Source: Utricularia gibba
Lineage: Eukaryota > Plantae > Magnoliophyta
Length of the DNA: 64,000 bases
Direction: 5' to 3'
NCBI GenBank assembly: GCA_002189035.1
Contig: NEEC01000012.1
Coordinates: forward strand, 1,736,001 to 1,800,000
Part shown: positions 1 to 15,058 of the stretch, piece by piece
How the letters are laid out: the number at the start of each line of letters is the position of its first letter
Numbering within the stretch: the stretch's first letter is position 1
Translations under genes and position numbers: made by a program
The notes under the pieces: generated by a model
What the model saw: the letters and a program-made list of their open reading frames with translations, nothing else
Told to the model about the DNA's origin: nothing
Databases searched by the model: none

Positions 1-478
1 TTTCAGTGGATGTTATTTTAGCTAATGAATCTATTCCTGTTTGAATCCTTCAACTTTTAGTTCTTGAGTTCAACATGATTATTGTTCTCACAATCCTTTA
101 CTCTGTATTTAGGTGTAATACAGAGTTAAGAGGAAGACAAGAGGAAGATTCTGCCTAAGGTAGTTTTATGCCTAAGGACTCTCTTGAATGACAAGAGGAA
201 GATTCTGGTGTGGAACCTAATCAAATCACATCCACTTTATGGTTTCTATGCATTCACGTTATTTTATGTGCTCCTTCACCCCTGCAACTTGTTCACTTTA
301 ATGTAAATGTAAAGGACTTCGAGAAATTGCAATCATTCCCTGTAGATTCGATTTTTGATTGTCACACTACATTAATTTCTGTGATTTATATAGGAGAATA
401 GTTAGGTTTATAAATTTCTTTTGATATGTTGAACAAGCAAAACTGCTACATTTAGCATTCATTCTCAACATTCATTAG

Positions 479-1670
479 GTGACGTGGACATTTTTAATTC
501 CTAGTAAAAGGGACTTATATATCATACTATGCTCATTTGTCACCAAAATGGAGAAACTCTTAGGTCACCTTATGAAATTCATTCAGACAGATAACGCACA
601 AATTCAAAAATCATATTGTGAAATCTCATACTAATTTAGATGGCATATCCCAACAGTTTTCATGCCCATACACAACCCAAAAAAATGATAAGAGTCAAAC
701 GTAAACATCAACATTTACTAGAAGCTACTCGAGTATTGCTTTTTCAATCTTCTTTGCCTAAGAAATTTTGGGACGAGGCACTCCTCACGGTCACTTATAT
801 TATAAACTAAATTCCTTCATCGGTTTTAAGTTGGAAGAGACCCATTGAGGTGCTGATGGGAGAAGCACCAGATTATTCCTTTTTTAAAATGTTTTGATTG
901 CATATGCTATGCAAGTAACTTGTCCTCAAACCGTGATAAATTAGATCATTGGGCTAGGAAGTGTATTTTCCTTGGCTATCCATTGGTATCAAAGGGCTAT
1001 AAACTCTATAATATGGATAATCATGACATTTTTGTTTCCATGGATGTGGAATTCTATGAATTCACATTTCCCTATCAAGTGGCTCATGCATTACCTAATA
1101 ATCCAATCACTTTGCCCTCACCATCTTTTGAGTCTGACTTCAACACCTTAGGCCACAACACATCGGTATCTGTTGTTTTTGAGATTACTGTCCATACCCC
1201 TAATGATCATACTACTTCTTTTGAGCATATGGAGCCTGACTTCCCCTAGCCAACTTTGTTAAAAAGTGACACTCCTGTCCCTTTAACCTTTTTCCAGCCT
1301 CATAACACTTCCACATTAGCCGATATTGGTCGCCACCCCTTTCACCGAAGCACAAGACCACATCAATATCCCGATTGGCATAAACACTTTGTCCTTTCAT
1401 CCAATCTTAGGGGCTTACAATCAGCCATCTTATCTACCAATTCCAACTCACATCCTTTGATACCTCCTTGTATATTATCAGACATTGATGAGGATGTGAA
1501 AGCTCTTACATCTATGTTCTTTGAACCATGTTTTTATTAACAAGCAAAAAGATACAAGAAGTGGAGGCACCCATGCAAGAAGAGTTGGTTGCCCATGAGC
1601 GAAATCACCCCTAGGACAATCTAGACTTGCCACTCGGACAGCACACTATTCCATCCAAGTGGCTCTACAA
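479..1670 (+). mobile_element. Degenerate Ty1/Copia LTR-retrotransposon pol fragment (integrase core to start of RT)
   Basis: Hand translation across stops and shifts gives integrase-like VTWTFLI..K, IQTDNA, RKHQHLLEATRVLLFQSSLPKKFWDEALLTVTYIIN. ORF 920-1249 gives [32 protein letters not shown]. An RT-start motif MQEELVAHERNH..LPLGQHTIPSKWLY lies near 1570-1670. No LTRs identified. Confidence 0.85.
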
Positions 1671-1744
1671 TAGTGAAATATATATATATAAGAGTTTATA
1701 TTTTCTTATATATAGAAGAGTTTACAATCTACAGCCTAGGCAAT

Positions 1745-2225
1745 AACATTTTCTTTGAATTTAAAGTATTTGTGGAGGAACAACTTGGAACCTATATCAA
1801 GATGTTACTTTTTGATTGTGGAGGTGAGTATATCTACACTAACTTAACAGTTTTGTGTGAAAGATAAGTTTTGTGATAGATCTATCCTAACATGACTTAG
1901 TGCTTACTTCAAAAACATTTATCTGAATGTTTTTGGGAAGAAGTTATTTCTACAGTTATGTATTTACAAAACATAATTCTATCTTGAGATATGTGGCAAA
2001 ACTCCATACAAGCTTCTTAGAGGTAAACAAGATATTGGTCATGTGTGTATATTTGGAAGGCTGTGTCATGAGATGATTTCTGAACAAAAGAGGTAAAAAT
2101 TAGATAAGAGATTAAGATTTACCATTTTTATTGATTATAATAATATTACGAAGGGATCTCAAAATATTTATCCAGATATTGAGTCCATATGTGTAAGGAA
2201 AATGTAGCTTTTGATAAAAAAACAA
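1745..2225 (+). mobile_element. Second, separate Copia integrase remnant
   Basis: FFEFKVFVEEQLGTYIKMLLFDCGGEY resembles Copia F..FKA.VE.Q.G..IK.LRSD.GGEY; an EQKR.KLDKR-like motif follows near 2080-2110. It repeats a domain already passed in the first fragment, so it is a different insertion. Confidence 0.7.
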
Positions 2226-2779
2226 GAGTATTCACTCAACAACAGTCATATTGTTTGTAAATCACATGCAAATAGTGATCTTGAAAATCAACCCATACAT
2301 CTTTCTTGTGAACAATTAATAACTACTCACATGGTGTATTCTTGAAGCATTTTTGTTCATATCATATGATACAAGTGTAATTAATTGATTGTAATTTTAC
2401 AAGTGCACAAAAAATTAAAATAATAAATGAAAATCGTCATCTCTATGAGGGATTGATTATTTGGAGTTTCTTAAAAATGACAAAATAAGAAATTATAATA
2501 ATACGAAAAGATGAGTTTTAAATAATATAGAAAGCTAACTTTTTAGATAAGGTTCCATCTTATTAAAACTCAATCATGTGTGTGTATAAATCTCAAAAAA
2601 TTATTCTATTGCAAAAATTTTAGGAATATTATTCTAAAATAGTGTTATTTGGTAAATCTTTTTTTAGAAAGCAAATAGGAACTCAAAAATATTGAGAAAG
2701 GAAAATGTAAAATGGTAAAATAACCTAAAATAGATAAGAAAAATTATTTTTATATTACAAAAATCATTTAAACCAACAT

Positions 2780-3097
2780 TTATTGTTTATCCACATGGTG
2801 CCAAATATTTTTCAGCATCCACCGCCACCACACGCGCCGCCACCACACGCGCCGCCACCACCCACCTCCTCCGCATCCGCCGCCAGACGTAGCCGTGCTC
2901 GCAGCGATGGCCCCTGCCCCAGCCCCTAGAACCATCATTCCTCCATTGCTCCTCGTGGCACCCGCACCATGAACCGGCGGAGTCGAACCCTTATATGCGC
3001 GGTAACAATTCAGTATCACGGAAGACAGGATGATGAAGACAATAAAACCAAAAATGAAGTACCAGAAAAATATGAAGGGAAACACTACTGAAACCAT
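2780..3097 (-). CDS. Small single-exon membrane/secreted Gly-rich protein, copy 1 (about 105 aa as assembled)
   Basis: Hydrophobic N-terminus (MVSVVFPFIFFWYFIFGFIVFIILSSVIL), then GGMMVLGAGAGAIAASTATSGGGCGGGG. A TATATAAA box at 3138-3145 lies inside the longer ORF-track call, so the ATG at 3097 is the likelier start. Confidence 0.6.
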   Translation of the reverse strand: MVSVVFPFIFFWYFIFGFIVFIILSSVILNCYRAYKGSTPPVHGAGATRSNGGMMVLGAGAGAIAASTATSGGGCGGGGWWRRVWWRRVWWRWMLKNIWHHVDKQ

Positions 3098-3779
3098 GAC
3101 ACGAGATCGTGTTGCTGATTCCTTTCTACCTGCTCTCTTTATATAGCGAGTCAAGACAAGGATAAGCACGAGGAAACTTCCAAGGTCAACAGTGCAAAAC
3201 ATCCTTAATTATTGATGAGTTGAACATAAATGTTTGAAACCGCCGTACATGCGTTGACATTCCACAATGGATAGGTAGAAACCCAAATTCTGTCTGGTAT
3301 TGAACCTAGCTTGGATTCTCGTTCTTATTATTTCTATATCATATACATTTGGAATAAGTATAAAAGCCCTCTAACTGTTTGATATCTGTATTGATAATAT
3401 TTTTTATTTTCTTTTAGGAATTGGTACGATGAACATTACAAAAATATCGTTTCTTTAAAATAAATTGATGGTTTCTAAACTTTTTAGTTAGAATTATATT
3501 TTCATATGTATTGAAATTTGTATGATTCTTTTACTCGATGGATGCCTATTTTGTGAGTAAGGTGATAGATTGTTACGTGAACAAAAATTGCTTAATCCAA
3601 TAGTCTTTGCCCATGCTGAATTTAGGGTATGGGATTTTACAATCAATATCATAAACAAGATCGATTTTGCATCTTGATGTGTATTCAATAATTGGTAGTT
3701 TTGTATCAATACCGAACTCCCAATTGCAGGTATTGCTCATTGAAAATAATGATAGAGTTCAGATAAGTTATAATACGTA

Positions 3780-4190
3780 GAAACCCAAATTTTGTCTTCC
3801 ATCCGGGTTGTGTTTCACCTTAAATATCCATCGATTTTTTAGAGAAATTTTTCCAGCAAGAAGTTTCACAAGGTCATAGGTATCGTTTTTCCTTAAAGAT
3901 GTCATTTCTTCCTACATTGGCTCCATCCATTTCTCTATTTCAGGTGAGTTCAAGGCTTACATTACTGCCTGCGGTTCTCCCTCTTCGGTTATCAGAGCAA
4001 TATCAAACATTTCTTGATGAGGGAACATGTTGTCTCGATGATCTTCTCAAATTAGGTACTTCCTTTTGATTTGAGTTATCAACAGGTCGAGGAGTTGGTT
4101 CTGGTTCTGAGGGCCTACTTGGTGAATTGAGGCAGTTCAACCTTTCTGAATTTTCAGGTGTTAATCTGACCTTCATTACCTGATTAGTGT
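3780..4190 (-). mobile_element. Third Copia fragment (integrase-RT linker and RT N-terminus) between the two Gly-rich gene copies
   Basis: Minus-strand translation LRRSSRQHVPSSR..ALITEEGEPQAVM*ALNSPEIEKWMEPM*EEMTSLRKNDTYDLVKLLAGKISLKNRWIFKVKHNPDG matches the Copia RT-start pattern. Confidence 0.75.
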
Positions 4191-4377
4191 CATTTTGTTA
4201 TGGTATGTCAAGGATAGTTTCATTTTCCAAAAAAAAATCAGATTCATAAAAACTTGCAAAATCTAATAAAAATATTGAGAAATGAAAGTGTAAAATGATA
4301 AAATAATCTAAAATAGATATGAAAAACTATTTTTATATTACAAAAATCATTTAAACCAACATTTATTGTTTATCCAC

Positions 4378-4662
4378 CTAGTCCCAAATATTTTTCCTAA
4401 TCCACCACCACCACCCCCCACCTCCTCCGCATCCGCCACCAGACGTAACCGTGCTCGCAGCGATGGCCCCTGCCGCTGCCCCAGCCCTAGCCCCTAGAAC
4501 CATCATTCCTCCATTGCTCCTCGTGGTACCCGCACCATGAACCGGCAGAGTCGAACCCTGACATTCGCGGTAACAATCCAGTATCGCGGAAAACACCGTG
4601 ATGAAGACAATGAAATCAAAGAAGCACCAGAAAGCAATCAAGAGAAACAGAAGTGAAGGCAT
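4378..4662 (-). CDS. Small single-exon membrane/secreted Gly-rich protein, copy 2 (about 94 aa as assembled)
   Basis: Paralog of copy 1 (MPSLLFLLIAFWCFFDFIVFITVFSAIL...GGMMVLGARAGAAAGAIAASTVTSGGGCGGGGG), with a TATA-like box at 4703-4710 at similar spacing from the ATG. Confidence 0.6.
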   Translation of the reverse strand: MPSLLFLLIAFWCFFDFIVFITVFSAILDCYRECQGSTLPVHGAGTTRSNGGMMVLGARAGAAAGAIAASTVTSGGGCGGGGGWWWWIRKNIWD

Positions 4663-7600
4663 GGCACGAGATCGTCTTGTTGATTCCTTTCTACCTGCTC
4701 TCATTATATAGCGAGTCAACACAAGGATAAGCACGAGGAAACTTCCAAGGTCAACAGTGCAAAACATCCTTAATTATTCTTGAGTAGAGCATAAGAATTT
4801 GAAATCCGCCGTACATGCGTTGACATTCTACAATGGATAGGTAGAATCACAAAATTCTGTCTGGTACTGAAGCTACTTTGGATTCTCGTTCCTAATACTT
4901 CTACATCATATACATTTGGAATAAAACGTTTTTTTAAATAAATTAATGGTTTCGAAATTTTTTAGTTAGAATTATATTTTCATATGTATTGAGATTTGTA
5001 TGATAATTTTACTCTACGGATGCTTAACATTTCTTTTTTGTGTGTTAATTAATAAATAAATAAGATAGCACTTTGATACTTTAATATATTTTGTGTGGAT
5101 GATATTTGGTCTTTGATATTTTGTTTTATCACACTTTATCCAATGAAAAATGTTAGCTTGTAGTTGATAACAATTTAATACTCTGTTGATAACATCAGCA
5201 AAAGAACAGTTTTATTAATTGTGATTGAAAATCACAACTTAACTAAACATTATGACTCTTATTTTATTATTTCTAAAACATTGTATCAAACCATATGCTC
5301 TAACTTCTAAGAGTATTATAGTAACTTCTCATGTTATCCAATTACTAATTTTGCCGTGTGATCAAATTTTGCAATCGGCAAAAATTATTGTAACTTAATA
5401 CACTTCATTTTATACATTATGACACATATTTGAAAACAAGACAACATTATGAACATTTTTTGAAATTACACCATTGAAAAATCAGATATAGCCATTGTAA
5501 TTATGTATCATATCCACTCCCCCCCACCCTTCCCTCTACCACATGGCGTATACAAGCATGGGTTATACTCGCATAAATTTTTTGTAAAAAAGATAATCAA
5601 TTTCACAGAAATTATGATATATTTTAAGATAATTAGTTATATTAAAATTTTATATATCCAAATAATTATTTGATTTACTCAATACTATGAATCATAATAC
5701 TTTTTAAATAAAGAATATTGTATCCCATTTTGTGTAAATTAACAATGATTTCCGTATCTACAATATATACAAACATCATTTATGCATAACTTAGTTTCAA
5801 ATATTTAAGAAATTATGTATATATACCATCAGAGTGTATTATTATAACTTAAAAAAGGTAGCACAATGTTCAATAAATGAATAGATTTCAAATAACATCA
5901 TTCGTACTTTGTAACCCATGGTAGTTCATAGTGGTTTCGTCAGTTCATCTAAGTGCCTTGTGCCTTTCCAGTTAGTGTCATGTTGGACGGAAGAAACTTT
6001 ACATTTCTGATTACCATGTTTTGTTTTTTGGTGCATTTCTTTATTGAAATGCAAACCGTAAACATGATAAAATGGCCACACGGGCATCGCATACACGAAA
6101 GCCATGCTCGTCTTGAGCAAAAAAAGGTCACATGGGCATGGTTTTATAACTAACCCATCTACGTAGTGTCAAAAAAAAGATAATGTATAAATATAAAAAT
6201 ATATTTATTTTTTGTAATTAAATCATTACGATAGTTATAAAAAGATTAATATATAATCTTATTATAATGTAATATTATAAATTATCATAATAATGAAAAA
6301 CATAAATTTTGTGATAATTACACGACGTTACACATCCCAGCTTACCAAAGTCGTGCATATATTTAATGGTTTACCATGTGAACATCGAATAATCATATAA
6401 TAATTTAATAGGTGACAACATATTTTGTAGCAAAATACATTTTATTAGATAAAGACTAATTAAAAAAATCTATTATTCATTGAGTTATTATTAAGATGTT
6501 TATTGAAAAAGTATGTGGTTGCATAAGTTCCAACCATTTGTCAATTTACCAATGGTTCCATTGTATTCTTTTCTCCTGCTTCCCCTTTGTTAGGCTCAGC
6601 TACAACTCACTTTTCCTTGGCCAAAGTCTCCTCGTGCAAAATTATGAACGACAAAGTTTTGTACGTCAAAATTGTGCAAGATAAAGACATTTTTACCCAA
6701 ATTATGACAGTGAAGCACTGCACGGCAACTACTATTGTCCTAGATGAAAGCTGGGCCGGGCCTGTTGGGACAACACTTTCACTTATAGTAACTGTTGTCC
6801 AAGTTGAAAATACCATTTTACCCCTACCTTAAACAGATTATGCTAATCCCATGGCGTGAACCCACCCGCAGGACATGACCAGCCCCAATTGGAATCGCTC
6901 TCCCGGACTCCGCACTCTATTTTATTGGGCCAGGCCCATTATAGGTCAAATAGAAATCCACCACGAGGGGCCCACACCTTTGACCAATGATAAAAGATGT
7001 ATTTATTTATAAAAGTGAATTATTTCAGTATCTATGGATGTCAAAATAAACGCAAGTATGTTTATTGTCGGAAAATAAGCAGTACTTTTAGTACAACCTT
7101 GCGCGAGTTGATCCGGGTCATCTTCATGAGATCATTGATACCAGACCCGGTTAGGGAAAAGAATATTAAAATGTAGTTAAATTATTTTCTTGTATTTTAT
7201 TGGCAATCGGTCAATGCACCCAGGCTTGGCAGATCCGAATGCACTTTTGACCATACACAACAATATTATTAAAAAAGGAATATAATATTCACTCTAATTT
7301 ATTTATTTACTGTTAAGATCACAATCACATATTCCACTCAATCCCCGTTCTTTATCTTAGCATTTTAAACATTTTGGCATTAATGTTATTAAATACGAAC
7401 GATTTTTATTTCAAAAAAAATGTCGAATTTAGAAACGTTTTTTTTTTTTAGGAATCTGGACATGGACAACTTCTTGTATTTCATGAAAAATGCGTTGAAT
7501 GATCAAATTATGGTTTAAAACTGGGAGATATATTTGGGGAAGCAGATTGTGGGGAAAGTGAACATTCATTTTCCTGAATCTTGAGAGCAAAAACTAACAA

Positions 7601-10369
7601 GTAGAATCAGGAATGCGATGAAGAAGCGAATTAGGGTTTTTGACAGTGTGATCCTCTCCTCTTCTGAACTTTTATTACTGCATCAGAACGTTGGGTGGTT
7701 CCTCGCTTCAGACACGACTGTCGTGTACAATTCGAGTTGTCCACATCCCAAACTTTTTTTAATCCTCAATTTAATTGAATAAGACTTTAATATGCTATTT
7801 CCTGTGGGTGGAACAGATGTTTCTGCTGTACGCTCCCTTTCTCTTGACCCCTAGTCTGCATTCCAGCTTTCTTTCATATCAACATTCAATTTCCACATTC
7901 TGGGTGAGCGACCTGTAACACCTACAACTACATGAGAAGAGAAGCAAGGACACAGAGGAGCTCCAACACAAACCATAGGCTCTTAAGCACTTTGGTTGTA
8001 CTTAACACTGCAGCTGCTTCAAACACACAAACCCCACGCGAAACAAGGACCAGGTTTGGGTAGGAAAGAGGGACTCGAGAGTTGCAATATTTAGGAAGAT
8101 GTCCAACCGGAGGCAGCAGCAGCAGCATCAGCAGCAGGAGCTCCAAGTGATTCCCTGCAACCTAGGAATTGATGAATTCTCGATAATTGACCTAACTCAG
8201 GAGTCCCTCTCAACTGTCAACCGGATATGGGCACCCTCCTTACTCAACTGTCGCCCTCACCCCTGCCCTCGTACCCCCACATACCCCAACTCCCTTCCTC
8301 ACAGTCACATGCATGTGTATGTTCCCCGTCCTTACCATTTCTTTTCTTTTTCTTTTAGTACTCATCCCAAAAAGACATCACCCCCGTGACCCAATTCGCC
8401 TCTCAAGAGTCGAGCACATTATTGTTTTGGCGCCACCAAAGCATACATTATCAACATATCAACACACAGATGACAGATGCAACAACATGATTGCTATCAC
8501 TGTGACGATATTTTGTGTCACGTGACGAGATAAACATAACATTGACTGCAATAATACAGTTAGTTAATGGAGGGGGAAGTGAGTCCGGGAGCTCATGCCC
8601 ACATTTCGTAATTTGCGCCATGTTGTAAATGTAACTGGAAATGCCTGTGAGCGGCACAGAGGTTTTTTAATGAGGTGGGCATCGACTTGTTTTCATCATA
8701 TTTCCTTGTCAACTGCACTGCGTCGTCACCTGATCTGGAGCCGCCCGCGAATCACCGCCTCCCACGTTGCCCAAGCCCCACGTGTTGCATCAGAACCGCA
8801 ATAATTGACACAAGTGGGAGTGCGGGCCCCGCCACAATGAAATTTCAAAAATTGGCAAGTATTCATTCTAATGTATATATTTATTTATTTATTTATATTT
8901 CCCCCATCAAAAATTAAAAAAAATTAAGACAAAAACCCATATAATTATTTATCAAAAAAATATATATTTATTTAAGGATAAATAATTTTGAAATATTAAA
9001 CTATGTTATTATGAAAGGTGAGGAGAGTGAGTTGGCGGTCGTACCAAGGGAGCTACGAGGTTCATAAGGAACCACATGATACTGGGCCGAAAAGGGCCCC
9101 TGGCCCACGAATCAGCCAAGATGTGGGCCCTCCCTCTCACCCCACCATCGCGTATCTAATTATTTATTTATTTAAAGTAACCTCCATGTGTTCCGTGACT
9201 ACAGCTGCTAATGTCGCTTAATTTTCGCTAATCCCCTCTCTAATCATCTACGCAATGATAAACTTGTACTTTTGTATGTTAAGCGCAATCAAGCCTAACA
9301 ATAGCGTCTCTCTGTGCTACAACTTTTTTGCTATAAAAACATATTTTGGAAAAATATTGCAAATTACAATTCAATCCCCTTAACCAAACAAATTATTTTC
9401 TTACTAAGGGTAACTTTGTATTCATATTTCATAAAACTCCATAAAATATAATTTAGAAAGGTGGGCCCTCTGTTACATTAAAACAAGAAATATTCATGTT
9501 TTTGAAAAAAAAATGTTTAAAAAATTTTTAGAAATTTGATTTTTGCTTTAAGTTTAAGCAATCGTAAGTTATATCACAAATTATGTATTTGATATCTAAG
9601 AATAGAAGACATATGAGATATAATTTGATTTATGTAATTGTTTTATGGAGAATTTCATTTCATATAAAAAGATAAATAGAGAGATATTTATTTTTTAAAG
9701 AGATATAAATAAGAAAACATGTGTTAGTGTAAATATAATTAGCCCTCCATTTGTGTATACTACCAAATGTTCAATAAATGAATATTTGAGTGGTGGTATA
9801 CATAACTAGTATATACATATATGTATATAAGTTAATTAAATAACTGCTTATGTGTAAATTTAGTTATAAATCTTTTATAATATACTATCAAATATCTTGT
9901 AATTAACATAAGGTTTTGTTTTAATTAAAAATTAAGGTATCCCATAGAAGGTCCATTTCATGGAGGAATGATGTTTGAGTTGTGGAAGCAAATTTTAATT
10001 TTTAAAATGGCCGACAATTGTTATAGCGACTACTGAATGATGCTGACATGTTTACATAAATAAACATCACTTCCAGGTCACAGCAGGCATTATTATTACT
10101 TTATTTTTAAAATGAAAAAGGTGTATCATTCTGATTATTATATTTTATATAAGTCGATGTTATTTAATTTTATTTTTCGGGAATGAAATTAATAATAACT
10201 ATATAAAAAGAGGTCTGATTCTAGGGTCAGAAAATAAAAATATATGCATATAATGTTGAATAATTAATTGGAGTCATTTTTATTTTATTTATTTGTAATG
10301 CTTTTTTTGTTTATTAGTTATTAACGGTAATTATCTAATTTATTCAACCAAAAAAATGAGAAAACTACC

Positions 10370-10377
10370 TATAAATA
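10370..10377 (+). promoter_or_regulatory. TATA box of GA2ox
   Basis: CCTATAAATAG about 70 nt upstream of the ATG at 10447, followed by a CT-rich leader. Confidence 0.7.
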
Positions 10378-10446
10378 GACGGGCAGCTCCTTCCTCCCAA
10401 CGTATCCATATTTCTCTCTCTGTTCTGCAAAGCCGCCGCCGTCACC

Positions 10447-11773
<1,327 letters not shown>

Positions 11774-14700
11774 TCACATGGCCTCATTTCCATCATCTCC
11801 ATTAATAAAAAACGCTGCTTTCTCATTAAAAAACTCCAACCCTTCCTCTCTCGGGATTCCACTCCATCAGTAAAAGATGTATCAACTAGTGTCACACAAT
11901 ACTTTTGAAATTAAAGATTCAATGAGTTGGATGAATACATTAAACTTAATTACATAAAAAACATAAATTATATTATAAAAAATTAATTTTAATCAATTAT
12001 TAGTGATTTTCAATTTATTATATACTTTATTATCTCATTTTCATTTTTCGATGTAGTATATTATATTTTAACAACTGTTACCTGTGTTGCAAGTCCAATG
12101 GAGAAATAAGAGCTCCATCTTCTCAAAAAACCGATGATCGGAACTGGGGATGGAAACTCTCGTGTCCGCATTGAATCTTCGTCTTCTTTCCAGGTTGAAA
12201 ACGCCAGCACACCCTGATGCACTGCATCTAGAGACCCACCAGGGAATCCTTAATAAACTCTCCCCTTACAGAGTTACACAGGGAAAAAAAAACACACACA
12301 CACACAAATTCATCATTGTGCTTGCTGCCCCCACGCCCTTTTGTAGGATAAGCTTTGATCTCCCTGAAATGAAAAAAATGACACCAAAGGGACAGAAAGA
12401 CACCTTCGCCATCCCCCAATTTTCTGTGTTTTGTTATATTCCCATTAATTATTTAACATTTCAAATCCATGATTATTTTATTTTTCTACCAATCTTCCCA
12501 TCAGATGCTATGATACACAAAGACCCCAATATTTAATAGTATTACATACGTATGTATATATATAAAAAACAGGCCATGTGTCGGTGCATACCCCCGAGTG
12601 CCACTCCCGAAAAAATTGGGAGCAGTCGCTGGGCCCCAGTGATTATTTTCCTCTTTATTTTTTTGTCGTGCTGTGATTGGTCGGCTCTCTCGAGCACTAC
12701 TCGTGTGGGGCCGACTCACAACGACGAATTGAGACAGCCGGGCGGCCTGGACATGGGCTTGTAATGGATAAGATCGGATGGATTCTTAGACAATTTCACC
12801 CGATTGGTTTACTATCATTTTGGCCTACATAAATGTGAATATTGATCTGGTCCCCACTATGACTGGCAGTAAATTGAATTGAAAATTTTTTTATATTGAT
12901 TGGGAAATGTTAATTAGTATATTACAAAAATATCACATGATTTATTTAATATTTTTGTATTCTGAACTCTTTTTTATTTGCATGAAAAATAATAAAGTAA
13001 ACATTTTTCATCTCACTTACAATTTAATCAATTAAATATATCTTAACATATACATATTTCTCTATACCAGTCATATATTGCTATTAAATATTTTTAATAT
13101 ATTTAAATATTACAATTCAATTGAGGGATCATGCACGCACATAGAGAACGATGTTAGGACAGTGGGGTACGTTCACTCTCGTTAAAATTAAGAAATGGAT
13201 TGGTAGTATGATTAGAGTAAAATTTAAATACATAATAAATATGTATAGTATTAGAAAAAATTAAATTTAATGTATTATGAATAAATTTTCAATCTTTTAT
13301 ACATTTAATCATATTATTTTAATTTTTTTTTATGTAAGATCGTTTTGCTTTGATGATCACCCTATGCCGATCTAGTACTGGTTTGATTAAAGCAATGTTT
13401 TATAGAATTTTTAAAATCTATTTTTACTTTTTTAAAAATACTTTAAAGAAGTAATAATAATTAGTAGAAATAGAAAGAAATTCTAAGTATTCTAAAAAAA
13501 CTGTAAAAATAGATACAAAATTATTTTTCAAACTAAATAAATAAATGAAAAAGTAGAAATATATGTAAAAGTAGATTATTATTTACTTTTTTAAAAATAA
13601 TTTTGACAGTATAATTTCAAAATTACTTTTGGCATAATTACTTTTTATAATTAATAATATTTTAAAATAAAATTATTTTTATTTTTTGACAAATAAAAAT
13701 AATCTTTAAAAATTTTCCAAAATAGTACTTAAAAATGTAATTAAAAATAATACAAAATTATTTTTCAAACCAAAATTACTTTTGGTTTATTATTAGAGGT
13801 TGGAGTTTCAATCTAATTTTTATTATTTAAGTTCAATACATATTCTTGTTTTTTTAATACAAACTGAGACTAACATGATATCCATCCTAACTATTCAAGT
13901 CATGGACCAAGACAAACTATCTTATAGCATTTTGAAAATAAAGATTTAATGAATCAGATGATTATATGTAAAGTTTAAGTACATAAAAATGTAAATCACA
14001 TTAAAAAATATTAGATTTAATCTAGTACTAGTAATTTATATTATATTATATATTTAATCACATCATTTTAACTTTTTTGATGTAGAATTGTTTTTCTCTA
14101 ATACCTCTAAAAAACATATATAACCTATGGTTAAAATGGGCATGAAGCATCTAAGAAAAGATCACGTTAAGGGTGTTTTTAAAGATCACCTATGGTTAAG
14201 GGTGGATACTCTAGTAACGTGTTACCTTTGATCACGTTAATGGTCATATTAGTCTGCAAGAGAATGCGGTACTTGATCGTTAAACATTTTTCTATTGTAA
14301 ATGTATTGTGCATAATTGATTTAATTTATTTTCCCAACTTGTGTTAAAATGATAAATAATCTCCGATAGGAAGAAGATCAGAGACCATACAAACTACGAG
14401 GGAGTTGTTCGAAATGGCCCGTAATGTTATTGGGCTTTAACAGAATACGGATCCAGGCCCAATCTGTTTTTCGTAGTAATGCTTCAAATTTCGATAAAAT
14501 TTTGAATTTTAATGTTTTTAAATAATAAAATATTTTCAAAATTTTCCTGTAATTTGGTGAAATTTATCCAAAATTTTGATTTTTGAATCAAATTCAATTT
14601 CTTTTTGAAATTCGAATATTAGCATCTAAATCTTAATATTATAATCGATTAAATATGTTAATTTTGAAGTTTTAATGAGATCCGATACATTAGTGTTGAT

Positions 14701-15058
14701 ATGATAATAACTCTTGTACAAAAAAATGTAACATACATCGTACAACTTGATTCAAATGCAACATCTAATTAGTTCGAATCTTCGGAGCTTAGGTCCAATG
14801 GGTCTCCAACGCTGGAAAAGATGAAATATTAGTATTTGAGGATTCCCCGTAGGATCGGTGGAACAGATAGCATGTTTAAACTTTGAAATCACTGGTTTTC
14901 TTGAAATGCATGATGAAACAATGTTTGGTGGGAAGACTTGCATAGCAAAAGGATTAATTTCTGGAAACAAATGTCTAGAATCATGGGGTTGGGTAGAAGA
15001 AGCATCAAGCAGATGAAAATGGGGAGAAGCCATTGGAGAATAGGAAGGAGACCAATGC

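Larger units (their letters stand above)
2680..5025. repeat. Tandem segmental duplication: about 2680-3545 and about 4260-5025
   Basis: Near-identical 3' flanks (tttttatattacaaaaatcatttaaaccaacatttattgtttatccac), CDS and promoters (ttttagttagaattatattttcatatgtattga) in both copies. Confidence 0.9.

Noticed and set aside
2780-4767. 35-aa N-terminal extensions (MFCTVDLG...) on the two Gly-rich ORFs
   Set aside because: A TATA box lies inside the extension in both copies, so it is probably promoter; its conservation is explained by the recent duplication.
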